Shown piece by piece: positions 51,202-58,571 of a stretch of 64,000 bases of DNA. Origin of the DNA: Candidatus Gastranaerophilales bacterium (lineage in GTDB: Bacteria > Cyanobacteriota > Vampirovibrionia > Gastranaerophilales > Gastranaerophilaceae). The stretch's first letter is position 1. The number at the start of each line of letters is the position of its first letter. The DNA lies in the NCBI GenBank assembly GCA_023662705.1, contig JAMPIM010000001.1, positions 32,216-96,215 on the forward strand. The letters are read 5' to 3'. The position numbers were made by a program, and so were the translations under genes. A model generated the notes under the pieces. That model saw nothing but the letters and a program-made list of their open reading frames with translations, ran no database searches and was not told the DNA's origin.

Positions 51202-52335
51202 ATGCTTAATAATGTTAAACGAATTGTAATAAAACTTGGTACAAATGTTCTTCGCAATGATGAAGGCGAAGTTGCTTTGTCACGAATTTATTCGTTTATT
51301 GAAGATATTTCGAAGCTTGTTAAATCAGGTAAAGAGGTTATTGTTGTAACCTCAGGTGCTGTAGGTTTGGGTAAAAAGAAGCTTGAGCTTGATTCAACAG
51401 AGGGCGATGGTGTGAAACAGGCATGTGCGGCAGTTGGCCAAAGCAGGCTTATGTCTTATTACGAAAACGGATTTGGGGTTTATGATATTCCTGTTGCACA
51501 AATTCTTTTGACGGAAGATGACTTTTCTTTACGTCATCGATATTTGAGTTTAAGGACTACATTAAATAAACTTCTTGAGTTTGGTGTTGTTCCGATTATT
51601 AACCAGAACGACACTGTTTCCACAATCGAATTAAACGATATGTTAGCAGGAATTCAGGTTTGTTTTTCGGATAACGACAAGTTATCTGCGCTTGTTGCAA
51701 GTGAACTTGATGCTGATTTATTAATTCTTTTATCAGATATCGACGGACTTTATACAGCTAATCCTAAAACTGATTCTAATGCAAAACTTATTCGCAAAGT
51801 TGATTGTGTAACCGATGAAATAATGTCACTGGGTACAGGTGCGTCAGAAGGCGGGCGCGGTGGAATGAAAACCAAGCTTGAAGCAGCAAAACTTGTGACC
51901 CGTTTTGGCGGCAAAGTTCTTATCGCAAACGGAAAAACACCTTATATTATTAATAAAATATTTGTAGGTGAAGAGCTTGGAACAATGTTTATGCCAACAG
52001 AAGATAATCTTTCGGGTAAAAAGCGCTGGATTGGTTATGCGACAAATGTTCGCGGAAAACTTGTGGTAAACGAAGGCGCTAAATGCTCGATTTTAGAAAA
52101 ATGTACAAGTCTTTTACCAATTGGTATCGAAGAAGTCATAAATGAATTTAATCAGGGCGAAGTCGTTTCGCTTGTTGATAGAGATGGTGTAGAATTTGCC
52201 CGCGGAATGGTAAATTATAATTCAGAAGAATGTAAAAAAATTGCAGGTGCGCATTCAAATAATATTGTAAGTATTCTCGGGTATAAAAACTATGATGCAG
52301 TGATTACGCGTGATAATATTACGGATTTGATATAA
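51202..52335 (+). CDS. proB: glutamate 5-kinase ProB (with PUA domain)
   Basis: Matches E. coli ProB along its length (VIKLGT..., AVGQSRL, NENDTV, SDNDKLSALVA, C-terminal PUA domain). Confidence 0.9.
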   Translation: MLNNVKRIVIKLGTNVLRNDEGEVALSRIYSFIEDISKLVKSGKEVIVVTSGAVGLGKKKLELDSTEGDGVKQACAAVGQSRLMSYYENGFGVYDIPVAQILLTEDDFSLRHRYLSLRTTLNKLLEFGVVPIINQNDTVSTIELNDMLAGIQVCFSDNDKLSALVASELDADLLILLSDIDGLYTANPKTDSNAKLIRKVDCVTDEIMSLGTGASEGGRGGMKTKLEAAKLVTRFGGKVLIANGKTPYIINKIFVGEELGTMFMPTEDNLSGKKRWIGYATNVRGKLVVNEGAKCSILEKCTSLLPIGIEEVINEFNQGEVVSLVDRDGVEFARGMVNYNSEECKKIAGAHSNNIVSILGYKNYDAVITRDNITDLI

Positions 52336-52339
52336 ACAC

Positions 52340-52368
52340 TTGAAAAATATATGATATAACGATATAAT
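52340..52368 (+). promoter_or_regulatory. sigma-70-type promoter TTGAAA-17-TATAAT directly after the proB stop, driving a short non-coding transcript
   Basis: TTGAAA at 52340-52345, 17-nt spacer, TATAAT at 52363-52368. Confidence 0.55.
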
Positions 52369-52375
52369 GATAATG

Positions 52376-52480
52376 TGATGGAGAGATACAGGGCAAAAGC
52401 CCCGTACCGTCCACCAGTCCATTACAGACAAATTTGAGAAGTAAAAATCATCGCTATTGCCGTAGCGATGATTTTTATTA
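52376..52480 (+). ncRNA. candidate antisense sRNA of about 105 nt (putative type I antitoxin), ending at an intrinsic terminator
   Basis: Defined by the promoter above and a 9-bp-stem terminator (ATCATCGCT/AGCGATGAT + TTTTT) at 52443-52478. It is fully complementary to the 3' two-thirds and 3' UTR of the minus-strand peptide ORF. It has no convincing ORF of its own. Confidence 0.45.
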
Positions 52481-52505
52481 GTAATAAAATTAACCGCTTC
52501 TTCAT
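52422..52505 (-). CDS. 27-aa hydrophobic peptide MKKRLILLLIKIIATAIAMIFTSQICL (putative type I toxin)
   Basis: Consensus SD GAGAGGAGGUGAU 7 nt upstream of the AUG. Cationic N-terminus followed by a single TM-length hydrophobic stretch. The 5' UTR contains an anti-SD (ACUCCUC). The 3' UTR segment CCCUGUAUCUCUCC can pair with the SD region. Confidence 0.4.
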   Translation of the reverse strand: MKKRLILLLIKIIATAIAMIFTSQICL

Positions 52506-52738
52506 TGTCTGTATCACCTCCTCTCTTCGCCTAGTTCCACCAGTTGTATGTGTGCGAGGAGTTGGTTGGACGAGTTTATTTAGTTATCAAATTACAAAAT
52601 CCATGTTTTAAATAACATCTTGTTATATTTATACATTATAATAGTCTTCATGAGTATTATAATCTCTTGAGTGTTGTTTGTAAATATATTATTATAATGC
52701 TTAATAAATGTTGTACAATATATTCAAAGGAGAATAAT

Positions 52739-52993
52739 ATGTTAATTGAAAATTATATGCACAGTCTTGAATCTCCATTTTTAGCCTTGAAAATGCTAAA
52801 TGAAAATCTTCGTGATTCGATACGTTTTAATTATGGAGGTATTAAAAAAGGTGATGAAAATAATGTTTTGGATGAGGTTTTAGCAATATCTTATGCCAGC
52901 AAAGTCTTGATTGAATATTTGCAAAATGATAGGGAAGAGATAAGAAAAATAGTAAACAGTAGTTATAAAGAGCTTTTGGAAGAAGAAATATAA
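52739..52993 (+). CDS. hypothetical small protein (84 aa)
   Basis: SD AAAGGAG 7 nt upstream of the ATG at 52739. The track start at 52667 has no RBS. A bidirectional terminator follows at 52996-53025. Confidence 0.5.
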   Translation: MLIENYMHSLESPFLALKMLNENLRDSIRFNYGGIKKGDENNVLDEVLAISYASKVLIEYLQNDREEIRKIVNSSYKELLEEEI

Positions 52994-53023
52994 AAGGCGG
53001 GATTGAAAATCCCGCCTTTTTCT

Positions 53024-55669
53024 TTATTTTAATTCATTTTCGATTTTTGCAAGAACTTCATCCAGTTTAGATGCATCCTTGACTCCGCCTTGTGCGAAGT
53101 TCGGACGTCCGCCGCCGTTAGCACCTGTTGCTCGGGCAATTTCTCCAACGATTTTGCCTGCATTTACTCCTTTAGAGACAAAGCCTTCTGAAACCTTTGC
53201 TGCAACCATTTTACTGTTAGCAAGAACAATTACGCTTTCGCCTAATTTGTTACCTAAAAGTTCAATACCTGCTTTGATTGCATCTGAGTCAAAGTCTTCA
53301 ATCTTAGAAATGAACAATTTGCCGCCTTCAATATCTTCTGCTTTAGAAATGAATGTTGCAAATTTGCTTCTTGCAGCTTCTTCTTTAACTCTTGTAAGTT
53401 CTTTTTGTAACTCACGATTTTCTTCCGCAAGTTTTTCAACACGTTCAAGAACTTCATCTGTATGAACTTTGAATCTTGCTTCAAGTGCGTTAGTCACTTT
53501 TGCTTTTTCGTTCAGGTATTCGATTGCTGCATTTGATACAACAAGTTCAATTCTTCTTGTGCCTGCTGCAATTGCACCTTCTGAAACGATTTTAACAAGT
53601 CTTAAATCGCCTGTGTTTTTAGCGTGAGTACCTGCACAAAATTCGCGTGAAATTACTTCCGGTTCGCTGTCGTGTTTACATTTGCAGCCCCCGCCGCATT
53701 TGCATTTTTTAGCTCCGCCTATTGATACAACTCTTACTACATCTTCGTATTTTTCGCCGAATAGGGCTGTTGCACCTGTAAGTTTTGCTTTTTCGATATC
53801 CATAACATCAGTTTGAACAGGGAGTTTTTCACCAATCCATTTGTTCATCAAGTTTTCTGTTTTTTCAATTTCTTGAGGTGTCATTGCTCTTGAGAATGTG
53901 AAATCGAATCTCATACGATTTTCTTCAACCTGAGAACCTGCTTGTTTAACTTCATCACCTACAACATTGATTAGCGCTGCTTGTAATAAGTGTGCTGATG
54001 TGTGGTGAACTTTGATTTCGTTACGTCTTGCAACATCGATTAATGCAGCAACGCTGTCACCAACATTAATTTCGCCGTTAACGATTTGACATCTGTGAAC
54101 GAATAGGTGGTTAACTTTGAATGTTGTTAAAACTTCTGCTTTTAATGTTTCGTTTACAAGATAACCGCTGTCGCCTACCTGCCCGCCGCATTCTGCGTAG
54201 AATGGTGTTCTGTCAAGAACAACATCTGTATAACCTTCACCGTCAATAAGTGCAAGAACTTTAGCTTCGCAAGCCGTTTCTTCGTAACCTAAGAATTCAG
54301 TTGAACCTACTTCTTCTTCAACTTTTGCGTATTTGATATCGCCTGTTACGGAAATCTTAGCAGTAGCTGCTTTTGCACGGTCTTTTTGTTCCTGCATAGC
54401 TGTTTTAAATCCCGCTTCATCAATTGCGAGTCCGTTTTCTTCTGCGATTTCTTTTGTTAATTCAAATGGGAAGCCGTAAGTATCATAGAGTTTGAATGCG
54501 CTTTCGCCATCGATATCTTTTTTAGCATCGATAAATTCGTCAAGCATTTTGTAGCCTCTATCAAGAGTTTTTGCGAAACGTTCTTCTTCTTTTTTGATGA
54601 CATCAACGATTTTTTCTTTGTTTTTAACCAAATCAGGGTAAGCCTGACCATAGTTTTCAACTACAACATCAACCAATTTGTACAAGAACGGTAAATCCAT
54701 ACCTAAGATTTTTCCGTGACGAAGAGCACGACGGAGAATCATTCTTAGAACATAGCTTCTGCCTTCGTTACCAGGGATTACGCCGTCCGAAATCAGGAAT
54801 GATACACATCTTGCGTGGTCGGTGATGATTCTTAGAGAAACATCGGTTTTTTCTGATTTTTTATAAGGAACGCCTGACATTTCAGAAACTTTATCCAAAA
54901 TAGGTTTTAAAAGGTCTGTTTCAAATGTAGAAGCTACACCCTGGCAAACCATTGTAATACGTTCCAAGCCCATACCTGTATCAACGTTTTTCTTTTCTAA
55001 AGGTGACTGGTTGCCTTCTTCGTCCTGATAAAGTTCAGTGAATACAAGGTTCCAGATTTCAACCCAGCGGTCGCATTCGCAAGTGTCGATGCCGCAGTCA
55101 GGGTGGTTACATTTGTATTCTTCACCTAAGTCGTAGTGGATTTCTGAACATGGACCGCAAGAACCGGAAGCTCCGGGAGGACCCCAGAAGTTGTCTTTTT
55201 TGCCTTTTCTTTTAATCCTTTCGGCTGGAACACCTATACTTTGCCAGATTTCGAAAGCTTCATCATCAGTTTCAAAAATTGTTATCCAAAGACGGTCTTT
55301 GTCGAGTTTAAGAACTTCTGTAACAAATTCCCAAGCCCAAGGAATAATTTCTTTTTTATAATAATCGCCGAATGAAAAGTTTCCTAGCATTTCAAAGAAG
55401 GTGTGGTGGCGCGGTGTGCGTCCAACATTTTCAATATCTGAGTCTTTTCCGCCTGCACGTGCGCATTTTTGACAAGAAGTTGCGCGAGCAGGGTCATAAG
55501 GTGATTTTACTATACCTAAGAAAATAGGTAAAAATTGTAACATGCCCGCTGTAGTTAATAATACGGTTGGATTGTCAGGCACAAGGCTTGAACTTTCCAC
55601 AACCGTATGAGCATGTTTGTCTTTAAAATAATCTAAATATAATTGTCTGATTTCGTTTCCTTTTAACAT
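53024..55669 (-). CDS. alaS: alanine--tRNA ligase
   Basis: Class II aaRS motifs. Conserved FTNAGM-like, editing-domain HTAEHLL-like and C-terminal DHHA1 regions. 881 aa. Confidence 0.95.
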   Translation of the reverse strand: MLKGNEIRQLYLDYFKDKHAHTVVESSSLVPDNPTVLLTTAGMLQFLPIFLGIVKSPYDPARATSCQKCARAGGKDSDIENVGRTPRHHTFFEMLGNFSFGDYYKKEIIPWAWEFVTEVLKLDKDRLWITIFETDDEAFEIWQSIGVPAERIKRKGKKDNFWGPPGASGSCGPCSEIHYDLGEEYKCNHPDCGIDTCECDRWVEIWNLVFTELYQDEEGNQSPLEKKNVDTGMGLERITMVCQGVASTFETDLLKPILDKVSEMSGVPYKKSEKTDVSLRIITDHARCVSFLISDGVIPGNEGRSYVLRMILRRALRHGKILGMDLPFLYKLVDVVVENYGQAYPDLVKNKEKIVDVIKKEEERFAKTLDRGYKMLDEFIDAKKDIDGESAFKLYDTYGFPFELTKEIAEENGLAIDEAGFKTAMQEQKDRAKAATAKISVTGDIKYAKVEEEVGSTEFLGYEETACEAKVLALIDGEGYTDVVLDRTPFYAECGGQVGDSGYLVNETLKAEVLTTFKVNHLFVHRCQIVNGEINVGDSVAALIDVARRNEIKVHHTSAHLLQAALINVVGDEVKQAGSQVEENRMRFDFTFSRAMTPQEIEKTENLMNKWIGEKLPVQTDVMDIEKAKLTGATALFGEKYEDVVRVVSIGGAKKCKCGGGCKCKHDSEPEVISREFCAGTHAKNTGDLRLVKIVSEGAIAAGTRRIELVVSNAAIEYLNEKAKVTNALEARFKVHTDEVLERVEKLAEENRELQKELTRVKEEAARSKFATFISKAEDIEGGKLFISKIEDFDSDAIKAGIELLGNKLGESVIVLANSKMVAAKVSEGFVSKGVNAGKIVGEIARATGANGGGRPNFAQGGVKDASKLDEVLAKIENELK

Positions 55670-55743
55670 AGTTATTTCCTTTAAATATTTTGTTATGACT
55701 TAATTATACTGCAAACAAAATGATTATATGCTAAGATTGCTTT

Positions 55744-56061
55744 ATGAGTTGGTTATATTTATTAATAGCTGCTTTATTTGAAGTTGGCTGGCCGTTTGGT
55801 TTAAAGATGGCAGAAATATCTGCTGTAAAGATTTGGTGGATAATTTTTGCAATTATAGCAATGACTTTGAGCGGTGTATTTTTGTATATGGCTCAAAAAG
55901 AAATTCCAATAGGAACTGCTTATGCTGTTTGGACCGGAATTGGAGCAAGCTGTACTTTCTTGCTTGGTGTTGCAGTTTTTCATGATGCGATGAGTTTGAT
56001 TAGATTTTTAGGAATTGTATTTATCATAATCGGGGTAACTCTTTTAAAAATCGGGCATTAA
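55744..56061 (+). CDS. sugE: SMR-family small multidrug/guanidinium exporter (SugE/Gdx-like)
   Basis: 105 aa, 4 TM. N-terminal MSWLYLLIAALFEVGWPFGLK with the conserved membrane Glu. Confidence 0.8.
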   Translation: MSWLYLLIAALFEVGWPFGLKMAEISAVKIWWIIFAIIAMTLSGVFLYMAQKEIPIGTAYAVWTGIGASCTFLLGVAVFHDAMSLIRFLGIVFIIIGVTLLKIGH

Positions 56062-56103
56062 AACAGGCTTGTAATAAAATAAAAAAATTTTATCCTACCC
56101 CCC

Positions 56104-56131
56104 TTTACAAAAAAAATTTATTTGCTAATAT
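56104..56131 (+). promoter_or_regulatory. tRNA-Asn promoter (TTTACA-16-TAATAT) with conserved CCCTTTACAAAAAAAATTTAT block
   Basis: Same block as the tRNA-Ala promoter. Confidence 0.55.
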
Positions 56132-56145
56132 AATTAAGGAAACAT

Positions 56146-56217
56146 TCCTCAGTAGCTCAATGGCGGAGCAACCGGCTGTTAACCGGTAGGTTGTTGGTTC
56201 GAGTCCAACCTGGGGAG
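56146..56217 (+). tRNA. tRNA-Asn (anticodon GTT)
   Basis: Cloverleaf folded by hand. Acceptor TCCTCAG/CTGGGGA. Anticodon loop CTGTTAA. T-arm GTTGGTTCGAGTCCAAC. Terminator hairpin at about 56238-56278. Confidence 0.85.
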
Positions 56218-56352
56218 TTTTTTCATATTAGAAGTATCTCTCCGAGTTCACTTGTAGGACTTTTCGGAGAGTTTTTTGTAATCGAACCAACTAGCAAAAA
56301 TTTTTCTTTACATTTGTTTTATTAACTCAATGGTTTATTTAGGAGTTATTTT

Positions 56353-56949
56353 ATGTCAAATCAATGTATTAAAACAAAAAAAGAAGAGATTGTTAACTAT
56401 TGGTTTTTTGAACAATTTGTAGAGGAGTCAGGTTTAAGTGTTGATGCAGCAGAAGCACATGAACGATGCTGGCGCTGCGGATGTGAACATAATTTGGAAC
56501 GTTGTCATATAGTTCCCGCATCTTTGGGCGGAAAGGACGAACCTTCTAATTTAGTTCTGCTATGTCATCGTTGTCATTTAGATAACCCTAATATTACCGA
56601 CCCTGAAATAATGTGGGACTGGATACGTGCATATGGAGTTCCTATGTATGGAACTTTTTGGGGAATTTTAGGTATGAAAGAGTATGCTTTTATTTATCAC
56701 AAAAGTTTTTATACAGAAATTTTAGACTTAGGCATAACTCCTGATGATGAATTTATGGAATATTTTAATGCGAACCTGAAGGATCTTTTAAAAGAAACAA
56801 CGTATCATTATGGTCATGCTTATTTAAACACTGCAACCTTAGCCGGTGTCTATAGGATGTTGTTAAAAAGAATAGCTAAAGAACATGGAAAAAAGGTTTT
56901 GCTGCCGGATTATAATACTCCAAGAAAACCGTGGTGGATGGAAAATTAG
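56353..56949 (+). CDS. HNH endonuclease-domain protein with uncharacterised C-terminal domain
   Basis: HNH motif RCWRCGCEHNLERCHIVPASLGGKDEPSNLVLLCHRCH within the first about 80 aa. The following 120 aa have no recognisable domain. Confidence 0.65.
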   Translation: MSNQCIKTKKEEIVNYWFFEQFVEESGLSVDAAEAHERCWRCGCEHNLERCHIVPASLGGKDEPSNLVLLCHRCHLDNPNITDPEIMWDWIRAYGVPMYGTFWGILGMKEYAFIYHKSFYTEILDLGITPDDEFMEYFNANLKDLLKETTYHYGHAYLNTATLAGVYRMLLKRIAKEHGKKVLLPDYNTPRKPWWMEN

Positions 56950-56952
56950 GTG

Positions 56953-58509
56953 TTATAAAATTTTCTCCAAATCTTTTTTCGCAAAAGTTATTCCTTCAAT
57001 ATTGAACATTTCTTGCAAAACATTCATTAATGACGGATTTAGCATGATCGGTGCACATTTGCCAACATAAACGCGTGTATTTTCCTGTTCCGAAAAATAT
57101 ATCATTTGAGAAATAGAATTCCTGTCGCATTTTGGGAAAAATGCTGTAATTGGAAGCGCAAAATCCTTAATATCATTATAGAATCTAACCATGCTGTAAG
57201 AGTCGAAACAAGCATTAATTGCAATGACATTTTCTTTTTCAATATTGTAAGAAAAAGAAATAATCAGTACATTTTCAGGTGTAAGTTTAATCAGTTTTTC
57301 GAAGTATGCTTTTTGTTCAAGCGAATATCTTTCTAAACCGATTAAGAATATTTTGTTAAACTTACCACTTTCGATTTTTGTTTTGATTGTATGAAGTGTT
57401 TCTTCATAGTTACATCCAATTTTAACGCTTTCGCATTGTTTTCCTGTCTTGAAGCCTTTTGCGTTTTCGCTGACTTCAATTACTCTTGAAAAATCGTTGT
57501 TTTCAATTTTTATAACACCTTTCGGGCATGTATAATCAGTTGTAAACAATAAGCCTCTATAAAGATTTTCTATATTATGAAGAGAGTGTTTTGTTAATAT
57601 AATTGCTCCCGGGAAAGTTGAAAAATCAAGAAGACAGTTTTCAACTCCTTGACCGTATTGACCTCGGAGGTTTTTATATTCTTTAAATTTTGGGAAGTTA
57701 TGGGCAAGCATCATATCATCGTGTGTATAAACATCGATATCTGTTTCTTTTAAGGCTTCAAGAATTGTTTCAAGCTCGCGAATGTTTGAACCTACAACCA
57801 GAACGGCTTTTGAAGGAACTGTTGTAAATGAAACATCCGTTTCTTCTTCTTTGCCGTAGCGTTCTTCTTGTGCAAGACGTACTAGATGCATTATTTCATT
57901 GTTTACGATAGAAGCTGATTTGATTTCATTTTTCAAACTTTCGACTTCGGTATTTTCGCCGATTTTGTTTAAGAGTTTCAGAATAGTCAAATAACCTTTA
58001 TCATAGTTTTTGTCAAAACTTTCTAAATCCATAAGATTTATGCTGATGCTTTTTGCAATTATGAGCATAATCTTTTGTAAATCTCTTATTTCAGGATTCA
58101 TGGAATCAACATTCTTTTGAATCTCTGATTCTCCGTATTTGATTGCAGAAATTATATCTTTTGTTTCTTTGAATAGTTCAAGATTTCCTATTTGTTCTTC
58201 TGCAAAATCTTCTTCTCCGCAAATATCATTATATTTTTGGATTATTGAAGGAAGTTCTTCTTTAAATCTTGTTATTGCCGAAGTGAAACTACTTTCTGTA
58301 AATTCAGGATTTGAAATAGTGATTGTAATAGTGTTAAGAATCAGGTTTTCAACATTTTTATCAATAATTTCGTGTTGATATAAATTGAGTGCATATTTTG
58401 TTATAAATCTCAAATACAGAACTAATACCGCTTGCAGCGCGTAAGTTCTTGGATTAACCGAGCAAATCCCTCTTGATATGCAGCTGTCATATTGGAAATC
58501 GTTTGTCAT
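56953..58509 (-). CDS. hybrid-cluster protein (HCP/prismane) family homolog lacking several cluster-ligating cysteines
   Basis: Aligns with HCP segments (VLVVGSNIRELETILEALKETDIDVYTHDDMMLAHNFP vs ILISGHDL...GVNVYTHGEMLPAHGYP; FPGAIILT vs FPGPIVMT; INACFDSYS vs DAGQCNDAYS). The N-terminus has 2 of the 4 Cys. GGCDG is replaced by GLER and ACGKY by FSYN. Confidence 0.55.
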   Translation of the reverse strand: MTNDFQYDSCISRGICSVNPRTYALQAVLVLYLRFITKYALNLYQHEIIDKNVENLILNTITITISNPEFTESSFTSAITRFKEELPSIIQKYNDICGEEDFAEEQIGNLELFKETKDIISAIKYGESEIQKNVDSMNPEIRDLQKIMLIIAKSISINLMDLESFDKNYDKGYLTILKLLNKIGENTEVESLKNEIKSASIVNNEIMHLVRLAQEERYGKEEETDVSFTTVPSKAVLVVGSNIRELETILEALKETDIDVYTHDDMMLAHNFPKFKEYKNLRGQYGQGVENCLLDFSTFPGAIILTKHSLHNIENLYRGLLFTTDYTCPKGVIKIENNDFSRVIEVSENAKGFKTGKQCESVKIGCNYEETLHTIKTKIESGKFNKIFLIGLERYSLEQKAYFEKLIKLTPENVLIISFSYNIEKENVIAINACFDSYSMVRFYNDIKDFALPITAFFPKCDRNSISQMIYFSEQENTRVYVGKCAPIMLNPSLMNVLQEMFNIEGITFAKKDLEKIL

Positions 58510-58571
58510 ATTGTTATGATAAATCCTGTTAACAAAAAATAAATTGCCCTAAGTGGTGATATAATATTCCT

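Noticed and set aside
52376-52480. Whether the short promoter-terminator-bounded RNA after proB is a known housekeeping RNA (4.5S/SRP, tmRNA, RNase P, 6S).
   Set aside because: None of the conserved SRP domain IV, tmRNA acceptor/tag or RNase P P4 sequence signatures are present. Its complete antisense overlap with the hydrophobic peptide ORF fits an antitoxin sRNA better.
55670-55743. A guanidine riboswitch (ykkC or mini-ykkC) upstream of the SugE/Gdx-like SMR gene.
   Set aside because: Only 74 nt of AT-rich leader are available. There are no ACGR-loop hairpins or GGGA/ACGG conserved elements.
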